A stretch of DNA of 64,000 nt, taken from assembly GCA_963169855.1 (NCBI GenBank), contig CAUJCN010000002.1, forward strand, positions 69,508 to 133,507, in the 5' to 3' direction. The DNA is from Patescibacteria group bacterium. GTDB taxonomy: Bacteria; Patescibacteriota; Dojkabacteria; J137. The notes below the pieces were generated by a model that saw only the letters and a list, made by a program, of their open reading frames with translations, ran no database searches and had not been told where the DNA came from. The translations under genes and the position numbers were made by a program. Shown one piece after another: positions 40,897 through 49,184 of the stretch (its first letter is position 1; each line of letters begins with the position of its first letter).

Positions 40897-41079
40897 AAAA
40901 AAGCGGTTATTAAAAGATCTGGCAGAATAGTATGCATCCTGCAAGCCTCTATACTTACAAGTAAGAGATAGAAACCCATAGATACTGTTTGATGGATCAG
41001 ACCAAAATCAGTGATACATGTATGGTTCCAATGAGATCATGATCTACACCTGGACCCCAATCTTTAAATCTGAAAACCG
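40897..41079 (-). ncRNA. Candidate structured ncRNA, 6S RNA-like
   Basis: ~180-nt intergenic stretch whose ends pair (CGGTT/AACCG, AAAGAT-TGG/CCA-G-ATCTTT); inner rod with G-U pairs on the minus strand; ends in a U tract. Confidence 0.5.
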
Positions 41080-41092
41080 TCCGATATTTAAG

Positions 41093-41734
41093 CTAGAATG
41101 ATTTAGAAAAAGTTGATAGTTTGATTCCAAAAGCATTTACAAAGAAAGCTAAACCAATCATTTCCAAGAATTCCTCAATCCCTACTTCGATCAAATACAA
41201 ATCAGATACTCCATAAAGTCGACCCCCAATTAGTTCCAAAACTGCCACTAGCACAAAACAAATTAATCCAAGGAACATGAATTTTCTTACGTCGCTCTTT
41301 TCTTTTAGTGTTCCATAAAGCAGGAAAGCAAAAAAAATTGCTACGAATACCCCCAGAGAGATTACCCAGGAAAAATTAGCCGCGTCAGAAAGAAACGAAA
41401 CATTACTTTTTATAAAATCATTTAGAGCATCTCTAAAACTAAAAGCTTCTTCAAGTCCGAATAGAATAAATACTCCACTGTACAAAAAATACAAAATTGA
41501 TTCTGATTTTTTTGTTGATACCAAAGCAATCTTACCTGCATATACAAACGCCGAGAAAGCGATGCATGTAGTTATAATTGATCCAATCGAAAAGCTCTCA
41601 TCTAGGTAAAAAATGCTGTAACTATATTGCAGAATTCTTACCGAGTGTAAAAGGAAATGCAAAATTAAAACTATGAAAGATACAAATGTTATTAACTTGA
41701 ATTCTGGAGTTAGTGTTTTTGCTAAATTTCTCAT
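41093..41734 (-). CDS. Hypothetical multi-pass membrane protein
   Basis: 6-7 TM segments with intramembrane acidic motifs LDE, LEE, EE..EM. Confidence 0.75.
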   Translation of the reverse strand: MRNLAKTLTPEFKLITFVSFIVLILHFLLHSVRILQYSYSIFYLDESFSIGSIITTCIAFSAFVYAGKIALVSTKKSESILYFLYSGVFILFGLEEAFSFRDALNDFIKSNVSFLSDAANFSWVISLGVFVAIFFAFLLYGTLKEKSDVRKFMFLGLICFVLVAVLELIGGRLYGVSDLYLIEVGIEEFLEMIGLAFFVNAFGIKLSTFSKSF

Positions 41735-41822
41735 AAAATTTCTTAACTTAAGGGGGAGAGTGTCTTCAAACTCTTCCTTTATATATTTGGTTAAGAATAT
41801 ACACCCGGAGGAGACAGATCAA

Positions 41823-41906
41823 CTTCGCCAAAGGCTACTTTGCTCTCCTTGCCTTGAAAGATATTCTCGTACCAGATCTACGAAGCTTTTGCGTAGTAGA
41901 TCGGGA
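41823..41906. repeat. REP-like hairpins at the island left boundary
   Basis: ACTTCGCCAAAGGCTACTTTG and GATCTACGAAGCTTTTGCGTAGTAGATC. Confidence 0.5.
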
Positions 41907-41989
41907 CCATCCGAGTCTGGAACCCTTTACCCTAATCTCATTATATAAAAATGAGACAAATAAGACACCTAAAAAAGGAGTATCAAAAA

Positions 41990-42425
41990 TTAAGTCTCGT
42001 TTTTAACAGGCTCAAATAGCTGCTTAGCTTCCTCGATAGTTTCTGATGTCTTTGTATTATGGCGAGTTAATTTGAGTTGTCCTGCACCTTTTCTATCTGT
42101 GAAATACGATCCTGAAAGTTCTCGAACTGGGTCGCCAATAATATCAAGTGTCACAGCTCCGTCATGTGGACGGTTATCGCCTCTTTTCCCATGAGGTGCT
42201 TCACTTTTGTAAAGATAGTAAAGTTGTAGTTTGTTTTGGTAACTTTTGGTTATCTTTGCTGTTATTGAGTTTGATTCTGAAGGTTTTTCGAAAAAGGAGC
42301 GAATATGAATTGAAGTAAGTGTTTGGTGAATACAAACATAGATATCTACATTGCCTTTCTTTCCATCTTTATCACTCTCATAATAAAGGTTACCTTTCCA
42401 AGTTCCATGCATTACTGGGATCTGG
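41990..42425 (-). pseudogene. CBASS Cap15-like (2TM-beta-barrel effector) C-terminal barrel; N-terminal TMs lost
   Basis: 'P..HGTWKG.L', 'I.QT...I.I', 'S.S..A', 'L.Y.Y...P', 'HDG', 'L.G.YFTDR...G...L.R'; sequence beyond ~42425 is antisense of another gene. Confidence 0.7.
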
Positions 42426-42709
42426 AAGTAGTGATGCGATATACAGAATTTATGTGGCAAAGATTCGAAGATGACATTAAACGACTTAACCACCTGAGAG
42501 GCGTAATGAATCAAAAAGCCGATGAGATTAGACCTACACCGCACAATACTCAAAAGAGTAAAGCTGAGATTACCGAAGAAGAAAATCAGATGCTCAGACA
42601 ATATCTAGTACACATACTTCAATACGGTACGCCTGAGGAGAGGAAAAACATACTAGGCGGTATCAAATCAAAGTTTGAACTAACAGACAGGAGATTAATC
42701 CTTAAATAA
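42420..42709 (+). pseudogene. C-terminal fragment resembling CPR large serine recombinases
   Basis: 'LRQYLVHILQYGTPEERKNILGGIKSKFELTDRRL' recalls the C-terminal tail of CPR recombinase-family proteins; no catalytic domain. Confidence 0.45.
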
Positions 42710-42724
42710 TTTTTAAAATATCTC

Positions 42725-42759
42725 TTGACAAATTAGCAGTTAATGCATTAGACTGCTAA
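42725..42759 (+). promoter_or_regulatory. Sigma70 promoter overlapped by a CIRCE (HrcA operator)
   Basis: TTGACA (42725) ... TAGACT (42749); TTAGCAGTT-N9-GACTGCTAA at 42733-42759. Confidence 0.85.
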
Positions 42760-43095
42760 TAGATAAATAACTAAGGACTTTCATCTGAGGTTTCTGAAAT
42801 TATTTACAACCTCTTTTGAATTCCCCAATATTTATCAAGTCTTATATTACTTAATTAATTTTAGGTATTATGAACAATACATTTACTTAGCGATTTATAG
42901 TCATGTCGCTAAAACAACTTTACAATTTAATACAATCTTGTTTAGTTAGGTAAAACCTAATTTGTACTGAATATCTTTTCAGTAGGACTAATTAAAATGT
43001 AAAGAAAGCCAAGTTCCCCGGCTTGTAAAAGATAGGGGAACCATTAATACAATACACTGCTATAGTTATTATTTAATTTATTAAAGGAAGATATT

Positions 43096-43566
43096 ATGAA
43101 AATTACAAAAAGAAACAATAATGACAACACGCAACTTGCAACAACATCTTACTCACCTGTGAGAAGTATGTTTGATGATTTCTTTAGGATGCCATCATTA
43201 ATTGACGAAATGTTTAATAGATCGGTTATGCCAAGTTATAGTAGTCTTTCTGCTGATGTTTGGGAAGAAGACGATAGCTTCTTTGTGAAAATGGCTTTGC
43301 CTGGAGTAACTAAAGATGATGTCGAGATTGAGGTTGACGCAGATGTAGTTAGAATCAAGGGTGGGAAAAAGGTAGAAGAGAAAGAAGATAATAAAAAGAA
43401 GTATTATTATCGAAGCCTTGATACTCAATTTGAGCAGGCATTTAATCTACCTACTGTAGTAGATGCAGAAAAAGTAGAGGCTAAGTTTAAAGATGGTGTT
43501 CTTGAAGTAAAGTTACCAAAGGCTGAACAATATAAGCCGAAAAAAATCTCAATAGAAGGTGAATAA
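43096..43566 (+). CDS. Hsp20/alpha-crystallin small heat-shock protein (island copy)
   Basis: 'DVWE.....VKMALPGV', 'F.LP..VD...V.A.FKDGVL.V.LPK', I-S-I tail; AAAGGAAG SD-like upstream. Confidence 0.93.
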   Translation: MKITKRNNNDNTQLATTSYSPVRSMFDDFFRMPSLIDEMFNRSVMPSYSSLSADVWEEDDSFFVKMALPGVTKDDVEIEVDADVVRIKGGKKVEEKEDNKKKYYYRSLDTQFEQAFNLPTVVDAEKVEAKFKDGVLEVKLPKAEQYKPKKISIEGE

Positions 43567-43585
43567 AGAGAGTATATCAGCAAGA

Positions 43586-43616
43586 AGAAGGCGGACGCAA
43601 GTCCGCCTTCTCTTTT
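43586..43616 (+). terminator. Intrinsic terminator
   Basis: AGAAGGCGGAC-GCAA-GTCCGCCTTCT then CTTTT. Confidence 0.85.
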
Positions 43617-43915
43617 AATACACAACTTTAGTCAGGGCAAACCTGTTACTTGGTACTTAAAATTATCAATATATAACAATTTTTTTGTTTATATTTCAAG
43701 ACAGAAACAGGACTGCAACGGATATTTAGGCACCAGAAATGCAAGCCCAGCAACAAAAAAGCTTAGAACCACAGAGTTGTAAATTTCATCGGTTTTGGAA
43801 GAATTTCAGAAGATTTAGGCTCATTTCGGATTTCGAGAAGAATTTGGGCTGATTTAGCAAGCAGTATAAGCGTTTCTAGCGTCGAGAAACGGGTCTTATA
43901 AGAACATTAAGAAAA

Positions 43916-44005
43916 TGGCGGAGGAGACAGGATTTGAACCTGCGTCAGCCAGATGGCTGAACAGTCTTTCCAGGACTGCGCACTAGACCACTATGCGACT
44001 CCTCC
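43916..44005 (-). tRNA. tRNA-Ser(GGA)
   Basis: GGAGGAG/CTCCTCC acceptor, G73 plus encoded CCA, CAGTC-CT-GGA-AA-GACTG, long variable arm, GCAGG-TTCAAAT-CCTGT. Confidence 0.96.
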
Positions 44006-44245
44006 AGTTTGTAGTCTTCTTTTTAAATAGGCTCGACCATACCCAGTTTTTAACTGTTTCTCTCTTAGAATTGCCGACTTCCGATTTAAACATGCTTCGA
44101 AATAAATTAAAGTCAAAGGTCTCCTGTATTTGGTAGATGTGACTTTACCTAATTCATGTTCTTGCAATCTCTTGCTCAGATCCTCTGTAAAACCAATGTA
44201 CAGCTTTCCGTCTTGTGATTGTAAAACGTAGGTATAATATAGCAT
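43991..44245 (-). CDS. Small stand-alone GIY-YIG nuclease (UPF0213-like)
   Basis: 'YTYVL.S....LYIG.T.DL..RL..H..G...ST..RRP..L.Y.E......A..RE..LK'; start taken at ATG 44245; last codons GGA GGA GTC GCA TAG are tRNA nt 1-15. Confidence 0.93.
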   Translation of the reverse strand: MLYYTYVLQSQDGKLYIGFTEDLSKRLQEHELGKVTSTKYRRPLTLIYFEACLNRKSAILREKQLKTGYGRAYLKRRLQTGGVA

Positions 44246-44264
44246 TACTTTTTTAATATTCAAA

Positions 44265-44325
44265 TAGACACCACTACCCGCCTGCAACGCTTTGCGTAGC
44301 AATGCGGGCAGGTGCGACTCCTCCA
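44265..44325 (-). repeat. Duplicate of the tRNA-Ser 5' end interrupted by a 36-nt REP-like hairpin
   Basis: Minus strand: GGAGGAGTCGCA-[CCTGCCCGCATTGCTACGCAAAGCGTTGCAGGCGGG]-TAGTGGTGTCTA versus tRNA GGAGGAGTCGCATAGTGGTCTA. Confidence 0.9.
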
Positions 44326-44340
44326 TTGGATTGACTGTAG

Positions 44341-44349
44341 ATTATACCA
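44341..44349 (-). promoter_or_regulatory. Extended -10 promoter for the tRNA-Ser/GIY-YIG unit
   Basis: TGG-TATAAT 16 nt upstream of the duplicated tRNA 5' end. Confidence 0.65.
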
Positions 44350-44421
44350 AATCACATTAGTTTGCAGTATTCTTAAAAATACAACTATAATGAAATAAAC
44401 TTTACTTTTTACTATTATTTT

Positions 44422-44793
44422 ATGAATAGCGTAGTACACTTCGAAATACCAGCTGATGATTTAGAAAGAGTTCAAAAATTTTATAATGAGGTATTCAATT
44501 GGCAAGCTACAGAAACTATGGAAGGAGCAGTAATGGTAAATACAACAGAAACTCATGATAATGGCATTCCGAAAGCAGCCGGAGCAATAAATGGAGACTT
44601 CTTCAAAAGAGATGATAACTTAAAGCATCCACTTATTGTGTTAACAGTTGATAGCATAGTTGAGAAATTTGAGACTATTAAAAATGCAGGTGGTTCAGTT
44701 GTTGTAGATAAAATGCCAGTTGGAGATATGGGATTTTGTGCTTACTTTAAGGATTCAGAAGGTAATGTAATGGGATTGTGGGAAAATCCTTAA
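44422..44793 (+). CDS. VOC/glyoxalase family protein
   Basis: 'VVHFEIPADD..R...FY..VF.W', 'GAING', 'F.DSEGNV.GLWE'. Confidence 0.92.
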   Translation: MNSVVHFEIPADDLERVQKFYNEVFNWQATETMEGAVMVNTTETHDNGIPKAAGAINGDFFKRDDNLKHPLIVLTVDSIVEKFETIKNAGGSVVVDKMPVGDMGFCAYFKDSEGNVMGLWENP

Positions 44794-45137
44794 TTCTGAT
44801 ATTCTGAATTTAAAACTTGCCCAAATTCCAACAGAGAATCAGATAGTGGAATGTTCGCATGAATAAGTGTCATTGCCAAAATACCTAAAAAGAACGCTGT
44901 TTTGATAGCGTCTATATCAGACTCTTTTAACTGATTCAATTTACTATCTAGTATATTTTTCTTTTCCTCAACTGACACATCATCTGCAATTGCAAGATCT
45001 ACTCCCATGGCTGAAAATAAACTCTGCAATATCTCGTAAACAGTTAGAGATTTAAATGATGTTTTCAGGAATAAAAAGCTTGGATCTAACCCGCCTACAG
45101 CGTCTTTCGCGATCTTCAAAAGTTCAAATTTCTCCAT
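44790..45137 (-). CDS. Hypothetical protein
   Basis: 115-aa ATG ORF. Confidence 0.6.
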   Translation of the reverse strand: MEKFELLKIAKDAVGGLDPSFLFLKTSFKSLTVYEILQSLFSAMGVDLAIADDVSVEEKKNILDSKLNQLKESDIDAIKTAFFLGILAMTLIHANIPLSDSLLEFGQVLNSEYQN

Positions 45138-45182
45138 AAAATGCTATAATGTTTATATAATTATACCGTATTGTATTAATCG

Positions 45183-45950
45183 ATGGTAGCTAAAACTGAC
45201 TTTAAAACTAAGTATGTTAAAACTCACTTTGGGCATCTAGCTTATCACCAGATTGAAGCCAAAAACAACGAATTTTGCATTTTTGTTCACGGGCACATGG
45301 ACAGTGGGCTAGATAGATTTAGCTATAGGTTAATAGAAGATTTTGAAGGAGCTGCATCGTTAATTTTATTGGACAGCCGAGGTCACGGTAGCTCAACCAG
45401 ATTAGAAAACTACCCTAGTTTGAAAGAGCGAGGTGAAGATCTAAAAATCCTAGTTCAACATTTAATTGAAAACCATAACCCCACTACAGTAACCCTTATC
45501 TCCTACTCTATTGCCTCTGGGATTATTCTGAATGTTCTATCTGAAGTTGAAACAATTCATTCTTCGACAAAATTTAAAGCTGTATTAGTCGCGCCTCTTT
45601 TAAAACTCTCGAAACACAAAGAATGGTTCAAGGAAAATATAAAAACATTAAAAAACACCTCTGCAAACTTTATCCAGAAGGTTTATAGAAGCAAGGGAAT
45701 TTTCAATATAAACAGGGATTACTTTAAGGACTTGTCAGTAAATTTTTACAGAAAGAATGCTTCTAAGATCAAATCAAAACTAAGCATTGTATTTGGAGAG
45801 CAAGATAATAGAACATCAGTTGCCGATGTATTGAGGTTTAAGAACGAGATTTTACCTAAAGCGAAGGTTTATTCTTATAAATCACTTGGGCATGTTTTTA
45901 ACGAAAAGGAATATGCCTTAATCAGTAAAAAGATTTCCCAAATAGCCTAA
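45183..45950 (+). CDS. Alpha/beta hydrolase
   Basis: 'FVHG', 'D.RGHG.S', variant elbow SYSIA, 'G.QD', C-terminal 'GH'. Confidence 0.82.
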   Translation: MVAKTDFKTKYVKTHFGHLAYHQIEAKNNEFCIFVHGHMDSGLDRFSYRLIEDFEGAASLILLDSRGHGSSTRLENYPSLKERGEDLKILVQHLIENHNPTTVTLISYSIASGIILNVLSEVETIHSSTKFKAVLVAPLLKLSKHKEWFKENIKTLKNTSANFIQKVYRSKGIFNINRDYFKDLSVNFYRKNASKIKSKLSIVFGEQDNRTSVADVLRFKNEILPKAKVYSYKSLGHVFNEKEYALISKKISQIA

Positions 45951-47107
45951 ACAATTCTTGCTTCTTCGAATTTATTAACTGCAGACTGGATTACCGAAAG
46001 CATCTTCGCACAAACTAAATCTGTCTTAACTTGAGCTCTAATGTTGTTAATCTTTACTTTAGAAACTTTTCTTCCGCATAATTTCTTAATTTTAGTGATG
46101 ACTTCATCGTGATTTTTAAAGTCAGCCACCATGTTTTCTAACCCTGCATCAATCAGTAATTGAGCACAGCCAACCGTATGATTAACAAGAACAGGAACGC
46201 CAACGCAAATCGCTTCAACTGGAACATATCCAAATGTCTCGAAATATGATGGACAAACAATCAAACCTTGACTCTTATAGAAATCAAGAAGTCCTTCTGC
46301 AGACATCGGCGGAACTAATTCCATAGTTTCAGGAAATTTTGTATTAGCATTGCTGATATCAGAAACAAAAGTTGCTTTGTGCTTCCATCCATCCCCAAGC
46401 AAATCTCTGTGTATATTGAAAAACGCATCAAAATTTTTCACTCTTGCATATCTTCCTACCGCAGCAATACTTTTTTCTACAACTGTATCACCGACCTCTG
46501 CTTCAGTAAAAATATCATTTACTGGATTAGGTATAACGTAGTTATCAGGAAGTTTTCTTCTAGAAAATATTTTCTTAACTGTGTCTCTACAGATTTCTGA
46601 GGGGTAAATAATCGCTTCTGCTCCTAGCGTAATATCTTTTTCCATGATTTTGAAAACCTCCTTGAACTCTTTGTCATAATGCTCGACTTCTTTTGAAAGT
46701 ACACCTGCATACCAAAGTACATACGGGATATCTAGTTTCTTTGCAGCTTCAGAGATAATCCATGGAATATAGTAAGTACCATTCAAAAGAATTACATCAG
46801 GACGATTTTTATTCAAAAGATCTTCAACTGTCTGAATAACTTTTTTATATTTTTTTCTGATCTTATCAATGTCTTTAGTTTTTTTAATAACATCCATCAC
46901 ACCCAAGTCATGAATATTAATTACGTAGTGATCAAATCTATCTTCTTCGTATTTATCATAAATACGTGTATGTTTAGAAACTAATCGACCATTTAATTCA
47001 ATTCCTAGAAAATCGTGACCCTCTTCATAAAGATAGTCTATTAATGCCATATTGGCAGAAGTAATACCTCCTAACGGCTCTCTTGTAAGATTCAATCCTA
47101 GCTTCAT
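45947..47107 (-). CDS. Glycosyltransferase family 4
   Basis: 'I.PS', 'IPNPV', 'VGR....KN', 'PS..ETFG....EA...GVPV'; start taken at MKLGLN. Confidence 0.88.
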   Translation of the reverse strand: MKLGLNLTREPLGGITSANMALIDYLYEEGHDFLGIELNGRLVSKHTRIYDKYEEDRFDHYVINIHDLGVMDVIKKTKDIDKIRKKYKKVIQTVEDLLNKNRPDVILLNGTYYIPWIISEAAKKLDIPYVLWYAGVLSKEVEHYDKEFKEVFKIMEKDITLGAEAIIYPSEICRDTVKKIFSRRKLPDNYVIPNPVNDIFTEAEVGDTVVEKSIAAVGRYARVKNFDAFFNIHRDLLGDGWKHKATFVSDISNANTKFPETMELVPPMSAEGLLDFYKSQGLIVCPSYFETFGYVPVEAICVGVPVLVNHTVGCAQLLIDAGLENMVADFKNHDEVITKIKKLCGRKVSKVKINNIRAQVKTDLVCAKMLSVIQSAVNKFEEARIV

Positions 47108-47225
47108 ATGAGTCAAATTAACCATTACATTATATCAAAAATATATATCCAGATCTATACCCTTAACATACTGCAAACTTTATCTACTAACTACACTTTA
47201 ACTTTAGTTTGAAAGAAAATAAAGA

Positions 47226-47254
47226 AAAGCCTGGCAATTTTCTTACCAGGCTTT
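47226..47254 (-). terminator. Intrinsic terminator after the SLOG-fusion gene
   Basis: AAAGCCTGG-N11-CCAGGCTTT with a T-rich tail on the minus strand. Confidence 0.75.
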
Positions 47255-47273
47255 CAAATAATTTATATTCTTT

Positions 47274-49157
47274 TTATCTACTCAATTCTGCCCATGCATA
47301 AAACGCTGCTCCATTAAGATCGATACTTTCTGGATCAACATTCTTATTTAACTTAGAAACAATTTCCTTATTCATTTGAGCTGGAGTATATCGAACATCC
47401 TTTCCAAGTTTTTTACCCTCTCTTAAAATTGCAGCGGTATTTTCGCCTCCACCATACGCAGAAATTACATCACTAACCTCCAAGAAAATCTTTGTAGTTT
47501 CTGCTAATCTATCTGTTCCAGGAACTTTTCCTCCCCAGTATGGGTCATTTGCTATATAAATTCTATCTACAAATCTAGAAAATCTACCACTGTATTGCAA
47601 TGCAAGAGTAGATGCGACTCCAATCGTCATGAATCCCATTTCCTTTGCAATTTCGTATGCAGCTCCAATACCTTCTTCAGTTGCACCAATATTAATTATT
47701 GTTGTCTTAGGATCTAAAGTTTTTAATTCCTTTTTAATTTGCTTCATTACAGCATCTTTATCCTGATATTCAAGTTGAGAGTATCCAAATAAGGTAAATA
47801 CATTCTTCTCTAAAGCCTTGATTTGTTTAACTATACTTTCTGCAGATGTTGGTTCTGTCGCGAATTGCTCCATAACATCTGGATCGTCTGACATAAGACT
47901 CTTGTATACGAATTTTTCTTCCGAACCTTCTTTCGAAGTAATCAACTTCATGATTTCTTCGTCGCTAGGATAATCAGTGTAGTTCAATATTTTGAATACC
48001 TGTTTTGCTGCTTGAAGTAACCATTCTGGAGTTCTGTACTTAATTGCTACCAGTCCATCACCAGTATTTTCTGGATCATCGTAGAATCCATAATTAAGTT
48101 TGTTATAAACGTTTGAAAGCAAAGATAATGCTCTGTCATGGAAGAACCGAACTGTGATCGCTCCTCTTGTTCTAGTATTTGAAATTCCACTTTGAATATT
48201 TCCTGTTGGAGTTCGCAGATCCTCGATATCTTGCGGAGCATCGCTTTCTGGATAAATCATATGCTCAAATGGTTGAGGCATGTTTGGTCTTAAAATTTCT
48301 TCAATGACTGATTCTGGTTCGGCAGTTAATGCTGATTCGTGGAAAATTTCAAACATAATAACTCTTACCAATCTTCTTACGCCATTCTCATCTTCAGGAG
48401 TACCTTCTGGAGATTTATCGATGTTTGGAAAAATAACTTCTTTTAGGAAATTATCCATATGTCTGTATAAATTTATTTTCTGAACATCAAACGTATAACC
48501 CAAAGCTCTTTCCCTCATCATTGTGTAACCTTGCATTCTTCGAACATGATTAATATCGTGATACCAGAAATCTAATGGTGATTGTTGGTGTCTATCAACT
48601 CTAATTGTTCTAGAAACAACACCTATAAATCCTATAGGTACAGATCTTACTCGGATTAGATCATCCATTTTAAGTTCTGTAATTGTTGGGTAAACAATCA
48701 CATTTGGATCTGAAATTAATGCATGTCTATGATATGCGTATCTGTCAAAGTGATAAAGAGGAACTGCTTTGTTTCCTGGTTCCAGTCTATTCAACTTATC
48801 TAGAAGTCTTAGACCAGCTTCGATTGCGTCGATTGTTGGTCTGTATGGGAAAGGTCCGTTGAATGGTCTTGGATATGGATACTTTTCTTCATCCTCAAAC
48901 TGAAAGTTTAGATTAATATGAGCGAACAAAGTTTTAACTTCCTTTAGTTCATACGCTAACTGTTGATGATCTTCCAAAATCTTTGAGAATTCAGGGGTAT
49001 CTAGTTCATCCAAAATATAATTTACAGTAGGTTCGAATTCGGGGAAGCAAGCATTGAAGCCGTCTTTCTTGATTCTACAATAGAAATCAACGTAACAATC
49101 AATTGGATTTTCTATGATCTTTTGAACGAATATTTTATCTTTTTCTATGTTCGTCAT
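47274..49157 (-). CDS. Two-domain protein: uncharacterised HDxxH/HE domain plus C-terminal SLOG (LOG/DprA-like) domain
   Basis: N-terminal 'SPLDFWYHDINHVRRM', 'FEIFHE'; C-terminal 'TLFGYS', 'NIGAT..GIGAAYEIAK..G..TIGV', 'SD.I...GGG..T...L'. Confidence 0.65.
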   Translation of the reverse strand: MTNIEKDKIFVQKIIENPIDCYVDFYCRIKKDGFNACFPEFEPTVNYILDELDTPEFSKILEDHQQLAYELKEVKTLFAHINLNFQFEDEEKYPYPRPFNGPFPYRPTIDAIEAGLRLLDKLNRLEPGNKAVPLYHFDRYAYHRHALISDPNVIVYPTITELKMDDLIRVRSVPIGFIGVVSRTIRVDRHQQSPLDFWYHDINHVRRMQGYTMMRERALGYTFDVQKINLYRHMDNFLKEVIFPNIDKSPEGTPEDENGVRRLVRVIMFEIFHESALTAEPESVIEEILRPNMPQPFEHMIYPESDAPQDIEDLRTPTGNIQSGISNTRTRGAITVRFFHDRALSLLSNVYNKLNYGFYDDPENTGDGLVAIKYRTPEWLLQAAKQVFKILNYTDYPSDEEIMKLITSKEGSEEKFVYKSLMSDDPDVMEQFATEPTSAESIVKQIKALEKNVFTLFGYSQLEYQDKDAVMKQIKKELKTLDPKTTIINIGATEEGIGAAYEIAKEMGFMTIGVASTLALQYSGRFSRFVDRIYIANDPYWGGKVPGTDRLAETTKIFLEVSDVISAYGGGENTAAILREGKKLGKDVRYTPAQMNKEIVSKLNKNVDPESIDLNGAAFYAWAELSR

Positions 49158-49184
49158 AGTTAAATATAATAAGTTAAATATTAA

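Larger units (their letters stand above)
41806..43930. mobile_element. Collapsed genomic island integrated at the tRNA-Ser 3' end
   Basis: 12-bp direct repeat CGGAGGAGACAG at 41806-41817 and 43919-43930 (tRNA 3' end); contains gene fragments and Hsp20. Confidence 0.7.

Noticed and set aside
41990-42601. Intact CBASS system
   Set aside because: Only the effector barrel remains; no native TM region or CD-NTase is in the window
43945-43960. tRNA-Ser variable arm TCAGCCATCTGGCTGA as an inserted repeat
   Set aside because: Serine tRNAs normally have a long variable arm of this size, and no second copy was seen
43991-44326. 111-aa version of the GIY-YIG ORF, or a group I intron in the tRNA
   Set aside because: The extension is translated tRNA duplicate plus hairpin; there is no room for a group I core, and the downstream tRNA is already complete
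45183-47107. GT4 and alpha/beta hydrolase as part of the SLOG module
   Set aside because: A terminator separates them from the SLOG gene and the hydrolase is convergent; linkage is unsupported without synteny data
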